Assembly: GCF_000281045.1 (NCBI RefSeq)
Contig: NW_008246121.1
Coordinates: 305,212-340,379, forward strand
Origin: Saprolegnia diclina VS20
Taxonomy: Eukaryota
Direction of reading: 5' to 3'
Length of the DNA stretch: 35,168 nucleotides
Part shown: piece by piece, positions 1 through 9,198 of the stretch
Numbering within the stretch: the first letter of the stretch is position 1
Layout of the letters: every line of letters begins with the position of its first letter
Translations under genes and position numbers: made by a program
The notes under the pieces: generated by a model
The model's input: the letters and a program-made list of their open reading frames with translations, nothing else
Database searches by the model: none
Told to the model about the DNA's origin: nothing

Positions 1-607
1 CGTATTGCGAGTTTGCTCAAAACGAAGGTGTCGAGCTAGACTAGCATGCAAGTGCATAGCGTAGGCCACACTTTTGATTCTGCAGTTTTGTACTACATTA
101 TTGTATAATCGGTCTGTGCCAACCGAGCGTCGTTAGCGATAGTGTAATATGACACGGAAGACGCAAGCACGTCATTGCAATATCTACCCAGTTGTCGACG
201 GTGTGGGTACTTACTCGTGAGCTGCGTGTGGTCTACTAGTACTCTAAACCGATCTCGTGCCGCTGCGTCCAGCCATAGCGCCCCTCGTCTCGACCTGGTT
301 GGAGGCTTCTTTGGTCAAAGTCTGTTGTGCAGTGTATATATACAGTGGCAACACTGTCAATATTGTTGCAGTAGTACTGTCCAAGAACCACTCCCAGCCG
401 CAGCTCGCAACATCCAATGTTCGCAAGCAACGGTGGTCAAACGTTATCCGGACAAAAGAGCAACACTCTTGCCAATCTCCTGCACGTAAATAGCATCTTG
501 ATATTTGTATGCTTAGCACAAAAATAGAATGCAATTGACATCGACCATCATTCACGTTCTGCCAGGTGGTCGCGCCAACAACCAGCGCAGTCACCAAGTC
601 CGAGCCC

Positions 608-3600
608 ATGACCACCGACGCTTGTCACGTCATGACAAAGTCGCAAGACGACGCCGGCATGAGCGCATTGCAGCCAGCGCCGATCATGACGCCAGCTTCG
701 AGGTACCGCGGCCTGCGCAGCACCGGCGCGACCTGCTACCTCAACAGCCTGCTCCAAACGCTCTTCCTGACGCCCGAGCTGCGCACGCGGCTGTACCAGT
801 CGACATCCTCAGCGAACCAAGACGGAATTTTGAGGGAACTCCAGCTCCTCTTTGCGCGGCTCCAACTACGAGCCGACCGCAAGGCCATCGATACGACCTC
901 GCTCACGCGTAGCTTTGGCTGGACGTCAACGGACGCTCTGCAGCAACACGACGTGCACGAGCTGTACCACGTATTCTTGGATGCGCTCGACGCCTCTCTT
1001 CAAGGCGTGCCGGACAAGAGCCTCGTTAAAGACCTCTACCAAGGTCGCAACATCTCTCTCAATTTCATATTACCTCACACAATATGACTAGGTACGCTCA
1101 AAGACTCTGTGCAATGCGTGACGTGTGGCCACGAGAGCAGCCACCTCGACAGCTTTCTCGATCTCTCACTCGGTGTTCCATCCACACCGACAAGCGTCGA
1201 AGAGGCCATCGCGACCTTCCTCGCACCCGAGCGTCTCGTCGAGGACAACCAAAGGATCTGCGACCTCTGCGGCACCAAGCAAAACGCCATCAAGCAGCTG
1301 TCGCTGGCGCAACTCCCCCCTATTATCACGCTCCAACTCAAGCGCTTTGCGTGGGACCATGGCACATCGAAGCTTACGAGCTGTGTGTCGTTTCCCAAGT
1401 ACCTCGACATGAACCCGCATCATCCCTCAACGTCCAGCGATCCCACGATTCCTTCCACGACCGCACAAGAAGCAGAAACAAAAGACACGTGGGACCCGGA
1501 CTTTGACGTGAGCACCATGATGGCCCAAGGCCATTTCGTCTACGAGATCGTCTCGGTGCTCGTGCACTCGGGCTCTGCGGACGCCGGTCACTACGTCGCG
1601 TACATCCAGTCACTGGACGACGACCGTCGCTGGCTCTGCTTCAACGACGTCTCTGTCTCGGCCATTTCCGAGGCTCAATTGCGCACTGCGTATGGCCTTC
1701 AATCCCCTGACCCCGGCTACTACGAGGCAACGCGCGCACCGTGTGCCTACCTGCTGCAGTACCGCCAGGTCGACGCCTCTCGCAAGATCCAGTGTCCTGC
1801 CGAGGTCCCCTCTTGGCTCGTCGACCTTGTGCACGCCGAGATGCAACGCGAAGAGATGGCGCGGGACGCCCGCCGCATCGCAGAGGTCAAGAGAAAGGCC
1901 GACCTCGCAAACTTGCTCGAGCTCAAGATCTTCTACGACAACAGTCACAAAATGATACACGTCTCGAAGAACGCTACGCTCGCCGACGTGACGGCTGAGG
2001 CCGTCGCGCTTTTTGAGCTACATATCTCGATCGACTGTGCTCGGCTGCGGGCCTACTCTGAGTACATGGCGTTGCCGCGGGAGACGTACAACGAACGCGA
2101 ACACTGCTTGCTGGTCGAGCTGTCGATCGACTCGGTATGCAGCTTGTATCTCGAGGTCCGACCGATCACCAATCAAGCGTGGACGGTATATGACCCGACG
2201 GCATTGACACTGCGCATTCGTCAGTACGTCCCATCAACGGATGCGATACCCGAGCACTTTACAGAGCCGCCCAAGCTTGTGCAGATCCCAGGTGACGCGC
2301 GACTCGTCGACTTGCTCTCGCTGCTCAGCGCCAAGCTCAAGATGGACCGCAACCAAATGCGGCTGCTGACGATGCGCACGTCGGGCTACTGGTCCATTTC
2401 GACGACAGTTCTCAACCCGACCAACGACGAGACGACGCTGCAGCAGACGCTTTGCGGCAATTTGATGTTTCGTGATGGCTACAGCATCTACGTCGAAGCC
2501 GTCGACGATCTGGCGTCATCGCCGTCGCTTGCCAAGGAGCTCTTTGTAGCCCGCGCCCATTCGATCACCCTTCAAGTCAAGACGAAGGAGCCAACGCTCC
2601 TGCGCGCCAAAACCGTCGAAGGTGACACGATGAGCTGGTCGTTCACCGTCGACCGCCGACAACCGCTTCAGGAGCTCAAGGATCAACTCTGCACGTTTTT
2701 CGAGCTGCGACCCGAGACCTTCAAGCTGCGTCGCGCAAAGGAGAATGGAGGCGAGCTGAAGCACCTCGATATGGCGTTCAAGAACTTGAGCCTCTTGAAC
2801 CAATCGACGGTGTGGGTCGAGCTCGGGGCTCCGCTGCGTGCTGGTGAGTTTAGAGTCAACATCCAGCTCCACACGCTCAACCGCATCGAGACGACGACGT
2901 CGTCGGTCGTGCTGCTGCCGTTGAACCGCGTCGACGAGCTTGTATTCTGCGCTACACTCGTCGTCTCAGCTACGATGCTTGTGAGCGAGATGAAGACCAG
3001 CATCCTCACCGTGCTTCAGCGCACACACCCTAGCGCCGAGCACCTTCGGCTCCGCGACGTTTCTTCCCGCCGCCTCCAGCACGTCTTGTCCGACGATGGC
3101 ACACTTGGTGACGCCTCACCGATATCACTGTACGAGAACCGGTCGTTTGCCGTCCAGATACTAGAGTCGCCCGAGACGCTTGGCGCCGCCCACACGCTTT
3201 TCTCGGCCGTGCTCTTTGACCGAGCGCATCTCACATTTGGCCGCGAGATGGAGCTAGTGTTTCCGACGCTGTCGCCTGGCTCGCACTGGATGGACCTGCT
3301 TTTGCTCGAAATTCAAAATGTCTTTGGGATCCCACTCGACGCAGTGCTCCTCGCCAAGCCACTGCAGATGACAGCATCAGACGTGACCGAGATGCCGCAG
3401 CTTTCATGGATCGACCGCGACCACGGACGTCGCATCGACCGTATCGCGTCGCTGGCGTTGTGTGGCGATCGACTTGTCATCGCGGATGCCCGTGTGCCAA
3501 GCAAGGAGCTCTCAACCAACGAGCTGCTCGATCTGCAACGACGAATTGACCTTGAGGTTGACACCAACAACACCTGCTTGGTCCGTGTCGGCTGGTCGAC

Positions 3601-3688
3601 CAACACCGTCGAGATGTCCTTGATCGAGTCGACGCAGCTTGTGCCCGAAACGACGACAGCGCTCAAACTTCGTAGCTCGAAATGTTAA
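608..3688 (+). CDS. Ubiquitin-specific protease (peptidase C19), USP47/USP40-like, with long C-terminal extension; one intron 1044-1091
   Basis: Cys box GLRSTGATCYLNSLLQ, SFGW..QQHDV.EL, CxxC pairs (CVTC/CDLC), LKRF, His box VLVHSGSADAGHYVAYI, WLCFND. A 48-nt GT..AG intron (1044-1091) joins ORF 566-1087 to ORF 1109-3688 in frame (LYQG|TLKDSVQC). Start Met is uncertain (first ATG 608; later in-frame ATGs exist). Confidence 0.9.
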
Positions 3689-3846
3689 CGTATCAGACTG
3701 CTGTCGTCACAAGGTAGTACGACAAGAGTCCGCAGTTGGATTATGTACTCTTGCAATTCTGCACTTTACTATGAAATGTTGTGAAACCCGGCTGTCGGTC
3801 GGCGCGCCATGTCAACAAACATCGAGTAAGGTATGACGACCACCTA

Positions 3847-3946
3847 NNNNNNNNNNNNNNNNNNNNNNNNNNNNNNNNNNNNNNNNNNNNNNNNNNNNNN
3901 NNNNNNNNNNNNNNNNNNNNNNNNNNNNNNNNNNNNNNNNNNNNNN
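3847..3946. other. Assembly gap (100 N)
   Basis: Run of N directly abutting a GATA microsatellite. Confidence 0.99.

Positions 3947-4016
<70 letters not shown>
3947..4016 (+). repeat. (GATA)n microsatellite, at least 17 units
   Basis: Perfect GATA tandem array running into the gap. Confidence 0.98.
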
Positions 4017-4098
4017 CGAGGGTGCGCCAACAGGAATCCATCTCGCGGCCTTGCCTGGCGATGTGAGTTCCAGCCAATCACACCGCATCCGGATAACG

Positions 4099-5283
4099 AT
4101 GGCCAATCCCACACCTGCGCAAAAAAGAGATGCCATTTTTGAACGCGCCGGCGGAATGCACTGTGTGCTCGCTGTCCTTGTGGTCGTCTGCGCCATGACG
4201 TGGCATGCCATGCGACCGACGCCAGCAGACATCAATAGCATCACGTTTGCCGTCTCGCCCGTGACGCCGGGCAACTTCTCCGGACGCGTGTACCTGCGCG
4301 ACACGACGGCCTTCAACCGGCTGCCCGAGTACGTCAAGGCTGGCAGCCGCCGCGTGCACCAGCACTCGCCTGTCATGACGCCTCTCGTTCCGTCGACGAC
4401 GGGCTTTCTCGATGGCGTCAGCATGGCGTACGCCCAGCACCTCCACTTGGTGCTGCGGCCTGACGACATTTGGCTTGCGCTCACGAGCCAGTTTGGTGTG
4501 TACGTCGACGGCAGCAGCGAAGAAATTCGGTCCCTACTTGTCAAGCACCGCGAAGGCAAGATCGAGCTCAAGGTCAAAGTGGCGGGCACGGTAGACACGG
4601 TCGACTTTGGCGCCTTTTCGAAGAGTATGGTCGACGAGATGCGCGCGCACTTGGTGGACCCGACGCTCGCCGACGTCTTGCTACCCAACTTTACGACGAC
4701 CACGCCCCACGACCGCATCACAGCGAGCATTCTGACGATGGCTACGATGAAAAAGTTCTTCAAGTACGGGTTCGAAGTCACGTGTGGCATCCCAACCGTG
4801 ACGCTCCGCGGCTCGGTCGACGACTGGCAGCAAATTCGGTCGCGCATCGAGCACTTTCGGGCGTATGGCGACCGTATGCAGACGTGGGTCGACCTTCTCA
4901 GCGGCGTCCTCGATCAGTTTGTGGCGGCGGCCCGTGGCGAGCCCGACACGGCGTTTTGGCAAACGATCTACCACAGCTTCCACGAAGGCTGCGCTCCTGA
5001 GGCAACTCATGTGAGTGGCTGGATGAGCGTCTTTGCCGTCTTCGACAAACAAGGTAAATGGCAGGGCGATGAGCGTACGACCAGTTCCGGCAAGACGTCA
5101 CTGTACCCGGTTATTCAGTTTGAGAATTTGCCACCCGGCTACGCCACGGTCGACGTTGAGATTGATGACCATGGCGTCAAGATGGACGCGATCATGCTCG
5201 CAGGTCACATGTCGTATACGATTCAAAACAACAACACAATTGTCCCGCAGCTGGGCTGGGCGATGGCGCTCAAGTCCCAATGA
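4099..5283 (+). CDS. DUF4419 family protein with an N-terminal hydrophobic segment
   Basis: Intronless ORF containing AYAQHLHLVLRPDDIWLALTSQF, NFTTTT..DR, MATMKKFFKY, CGIPTVTLRGSVDDW and SGW, which match DUF4419 as I recall it. Hydrophobic stretch CVLAVLVVVCAM near the N-terminus. Confidence 0.85.
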   Translation: MANPTPAQKRDAIFERAGGMHCVLAVLVVVCAMTWHAMRPTPADINSITFAVSPVTPGNFSGRVYLRDTTAFNRLPEYVKAGSRRVHQHSPVMTPLVPSTTGFLDGVSMAYAQHLHLVLRPDDIWLALTSQFGVYVDGSSEEIRSLLVKHREGKIELKVKVAGTVDTVDFGAFSKSMVDEMRAHLVDPTLADVLLPNFTTTTPHDRITASILTMATMKKFFKYGFEVTCGIPTVTLRGSVDDWQQIRSRIEHFRAYGDRMQTWVDLLSGVLDQFVAAARGEPDTAFWQTIYHSFHEGCAPEATHVSGWMSVFAVFDKQGKWQGDERTTSSGKTSLYPVIQFENLPPGYATVDVEIDDHGVKMDAIMLAGHMSYTIQNNNTIVPQLGWAMALKSQ

Positions 5284-5529
5284 CCAACCTAGTCGACTGT
5301 TGACTATCAGCATGTATCGATCGACATCAACCCTCAAATATACAACTAAGTCTGGATCGGAAGTACAGATGTTTCATTTCAAGCTGTCATATTGGTCCAG
5401 AAGTAGTCACGCTGCCGTTTGTCGTACGACAATGATTCTTCCGCTTACAACCGAGTAGCGCAGCCTGCTACATGTAATCACAAAGGCCAATATAGTCGAT
5501 GTGTTAACCGAAGAATGGCAAGACAAACA

Positions 5530-5967
5530 CTGCGTCTCTTTCCCTAGAAAGCCTTCGACTCGGAGAAGCCGAGTGCATGAGACGTTTTCAAATCTTTGTC
5601 GATCATATTTGGAGCTTGTACGCGAGCTGCGTTTTGCCAACCAGCGGCGCGCCACAGGAAGCCGCTGCCGTCATCGCATGTCTGCGCGAGTTGAGGAGTG
5701 TGCCCGAGGCCGTGCTGGCCATCTCGGTGCGCCATATGAAAGCAATACCCCAGGACATGGACCCGTGCGCGGTGTGCTTGGGTGAGGTTCAAACTTGATG
5801 ACATTGACGACTTGAGTGGTTCGTTGATTGTGCTGGCGCTGGTGTGCGGTCATGTGTTCCACCGCGATTGCCTGCAGCAGTTGTGCGCGATAGCAGCAAC
5901 GTGTCCGACGTGTCGGCGTGACGTAGCCCACGTGGTGTGCCTTGAACTAGCAGTATATAAGCTATAA
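5530..5967 (+). pseudogene. Frameshifted inverted paralog of the PX/RING-H2 gene
   Basis: FPRK.., MRRFQIFVDHIWSLYASCVLP, CAVCLGE and LALVCGHVFHRDCLQQLC..CPTCR lie in different frames and align to 6006-6728(-). There is an extra G near 5787 and the RING Trp is changed to Leu. Confidence 0.85.
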
Positions 5968-6005
5968 AAGATAACACAGATTACTCTACCCACTACTCCT
6001 GAGCG

Positions 6006-6728
6006 CTACATTTCTAAGAGTGACATTTGCCCCGCGTCACAACGACACGTCGGGCACGTTGCTGCCAGGACAAACCACTGCCGAAGGCAATCTTGATGAA
6101 AGACGTGTCCGCACGCCAGCGCCAGCACCGTCGACGGACGGCAAAAGTCTTTCGCAGCAAACTCGCCCAAGCACACCACGCATGCGTCCAAGTCGCGAGG
6201 CATGTCTTCAAGGTGGCGCACCGAAATGGCCAGCACCGTCTCTGGCACGCTCAAAAACGCACGGAGACACGAGATGATGGCATCGACGTCTTCAGAGGCT
6301 TCGGTCATTGGCACCACACAGCTCACATACAAGCTCCAGATGTGCTCGACAAAGATCTGAAAGCGCTGCATGCGGTCGGCAACAACAACGGGTCTCTCCC
6401 AGTTGAGCATCTTCTTTGGAAAGTGCAAATTGAGCAAGTAAGCAAGGAAACACGACGGAGACGTGGCGTGCAGCTTGGCCAGCTGCGATCGGAACTGGAG
6501 AAGCTGCGAGTAGCGCTTGTAGATGGTCCATGACCGGAGCGTGATGGGGCATTGCAGCCGCATCTCGTATTGCACAAAGTAGCCCAACTTGTGTGGTTCC
6601 GAGGCGATGAATGGCGTGACGACGATGGGCAAGAGCTTGACAACCGTTGTCCACGGGGCGGCTGCCATTTGTGACCGCGTGGTTGGCCGTGATGCGGCCA
6701 GCTGCTTGGCGGACACAATAAAGTTCAT
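6006..6728 (-). CDS. PX-domain plus RING-H2 protein (putative E3 ubiquitin ligase)
   Basis: PX-like WTIYKRYSQLLQFRSQL..LHFPKK..R..RFQIFV. C-terminal RING-H2 CVVC..CGHVFHQDC..W..CPTC. ATG at 6728. Confidence 0.85.
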   Translation of the reverse strand: MNFIVSAKQLAASRPTTRSQMAAAPWTTVVKLLPIVVTPFIASEPHKLGYFVQYEMRLQCPITLRSWTIYKRYSQLLQFRSQLAKLHATSPSCFLAYLLNLHFPKKMLNWERPVVVADRMQRFQIFVEHIWSLYVSCVVPMTEASEDVDAIISCLRAFLSVPETVLAISVRHLEDMPRDLDACVVCLGEFAAKDFCRPSTVLALACGHVFHQDCLRQWFVLAATCPTCRCDAGQMSLLEM

Positions 6729-6935
6729 AATGTGATAGACAACACAGTGAGGAGGCGGTTGAGGAAGCAAAAACCGAGCCAGGCAACGGGACACACCGAC
6801 AGCACTCCGTCTGACGGTGGTGAATGTAGACTGAACGGTTGCCTACTAAGTTTAGTATAGTTCGACTTCAACAATTTCTGTCCTACGCCGGTGCGAGAAA
6901 CTACCCACCTGGACATTCCTGTCCTACGCTGGGAC

Positions 6936-7354
6936 ACTACAAGGCGTCCTTTCGACGCCGAAGACGGCCTCCAACATGCACCGAGCTACCTCTGGCAAGT
7001 GCTCCGCGCCTGCGTCTGGTTCAACGTCTGGCGCGTCCGAAACGATCGCGTCCTTCGCGCCGACCTCCCACTGCCAAGTCCATGGACGATTGCCGTCAAA
7101 GCGGCGCGTGTCGCTCAAATGCACTTGCACCACAGGCTCGCCACCACAGCCTCGTTTAAAACCCAGGCAGATGGCTCTCCGTCGCCTTCTCCGGGCTCCT
7201 CGCTCAACACGAGTGGCACCTTGTCCCGCGGATCGCGCTCCAGCCATCAACACCAGCGCCTACACAACGAAGAAAGGCCGACAATTTCATTTAGCGTAGA
7301 TTTACGTATCTATTTTAATAGACGACCCACTTCAACCACAACTACAAGGCGTCC
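6936..7354 (+). mobile_element. 5'-truncated non-LTR retrotransposon (body 6950-7340) with 14-bp TSD ACTACAAGGCGTCC
   Basis: Perfect direct repeat at 6936-6949 and 7341-7354. The body encodes LWQVLRACVWFNVWRVRNDRVLR, resembling the W..RN region at LINE ORF2 C-termini, and ends CCACTTCAACCACAAC. The 3' part recurs at 24428-24633. Confidence 0.85.
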
Positions 7355-8241
7355 ACCCGTGGCCAAGCAACGGGGAAAGGAAACATGTGTTGTTATATTC
7401 TATTTTTAGATGTGATATAGGACCATCAGCTTTGTCCTCATAAAGACTAGAGTCGTGGTCTCAAGCATCTGGTAGATCCAGTTTTTAGTGAACACCGCGG
7501 TGACGGTGAGACAGCTGCACAAATCCACGAACCAGCGATTACGGTTCGTGTTGACGATGTCCCATTCACTTTTATTGGTCAGTGGGTTTTACAAACGAAT
7601 CCACGATGCAGTCGTATCTTTGGTAACCGAGTCATTATTCTGCGTACCATCGGGATCTATAATACCTATGACGAGACATGCAACACGATCGATCCGGGTG
7701 AGCCACGGCACGTCGGACAAAGTGGTGTAATCGTAAGCCAGTCGCGCAAGCACGACACGTGAAAGCCATGACCGCACGCCAGCTCCAAGACTATCGCAGG
7801 TGTAAAGTTCTCCAAGCAAATCGGGCACGCGTCGTCGTCACAATGACTTTCAAACCTGCCTGAGGAATACTGAGAAAGACGTGCAGTCGCGCGAAAACAC
7901 CAACCGGCACGACTGGCGACTCGTCGGGGGTTCCGCAGAGCGTGGGAGGGTGAGCGGTCGCGTATTGTACTGTGGTACGCTTTTGAGCTCGATCGATCGT
8001 CTCAGTGAAATGCGGAAGTGTCGGTGCTCGCTGTCCTCACAAGAACAGTCCTCGAGCAAGCCACCGAATGCCAAGCGTCCGCTCGCATTGTGCGCGCCTT
8101 AGCCATGACGGCCTCGCGCTCCGAGTCCTCCTCTCCAGCGAAGATGACGCAAATATACCAACAGCGACCGCTGAGACTAACGAATGAGAGAGTTATGTGC
8201 CAAGTTTATATCGTGTAAGTCGCCGCAAGGAGGCCGCCATT

Positions 8242-8315
8242 CAACGAAGAAAGTCCGACAATTTGATTTTGAGTGGATTTCTTATCATTTTTTCACATAC
8301 CACTTCAACAACAAC
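8242..8315 (+). mobile_element. Third copy of the retroelement 3' tail (5' extent unresolved)
   Basis: CAACGAAGAAAGTCCGACAATTT...CCACTTCAACAACAAC is shared with 7265-7342 and 24556-24633. Confidence 0.65.
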
Positions 8316-8410
8316 GTTAGGAATGAATTTTAGACAATGGGAGGAAGATTTCAGCCAATGAGAAACCAAGGAATCGCAACGGGTGTCAAATTCCAAAAAC
8401 TGCGATCATT

Positions 8411-8775
8411 ATGAGCGGAATGCATTGTATGCTCACCGTCCTCGTCTGCGGAATGACGTGGCACGCCATGCGACCGATAACGATACGCGTCGACAGCAGC
8501 AGCAGCATCATTTTTGCCTTATCGTCCGTGACGCCGGCCAACTGCTCTGGACGCATGGCCAATAGCGGCACGACAGCCTTCGACCGGCTGTCCGAATGCG
8601 GATAGACTGGCTGTCGCCACGTGATCAAGCACTCACCGCTCACGACGCCGTTCGCTGCGTCGCATACAGACTTTCTCGATGGCGTCGGCATGGCGTACGC
8701 CCAGCACCTCCACTTGGAGCTACGGCCCGACGACATTTGGCTGGCGATAACGATCCAGTTTGGTCTGTACGTTCA
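8411..8775 (+). pseudogene. Truncated DUF4419 duplicate (N-terminal part)
   Basis: GMHCMLTVLVCGMTWHAMRP and DFLDGVGMAYAQHLHLELRPDDIWLAITIQFGLYV align to 4099-5283. Premature TAG at 8603-8605; similarity ends near 8775. Confidence 0.88.
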
Positions 8776-8879
8776 AACCACGGCTTGTCATGCAAAATAG
8801 ACACTCAACAGCAAATTTATCCCCATCCTCGAATCAAAACACGGATGAAAATATTGTATGTTTTCATTTTTGGATGAAA

Positions 8880-9110
8880 TGGCAGTGACGCGCTGCAATT
8901 CAACATGCTTACTAACCCCGCCTTCGACGAGCACATTCCCAGAGCGTCGTCGCCGTTTCGTGACTACCAATGTCGGCACGAGTTCTTCCGCCCACAGCAC
9001 CTCCACTTGTCGCCTCACCGGGCGATATGCCCACCTCGATTCTACATCACCGCTATGTGTTGAACGCCAACAAGCTGAGCCCGCGCGATAGAGCAACATC
9101 ATTCCTGTTA
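8880..9110 (+). pseudogene. Second, highly decayed DUF4419-like fragment
   Basis: CAGCACCTCCACTTG (QHLHL) near 8995, followed by degenerate sequence resembling the ..D.W..I..Q...YVN region. Confidence 0.4.
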
Positions 9111-9198
9111 CCATATGGTTCGAAACAGCAAACTGCGTCATCACAATACCGCAACCGACCACTCAGACGGTAGGTTTATGGCCATTCTTGCTTTGGCG

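Noticed and set aside
333..379. Cluster of short palindromes
   Set aside because: Each is short and AT-rich, compatible with chance.
3741..4847. 368-aa minus ORF with IYLS repeats
   Set aside because: Artefact of the GATA microsatellite, the N gap and antisense to DUF4419.
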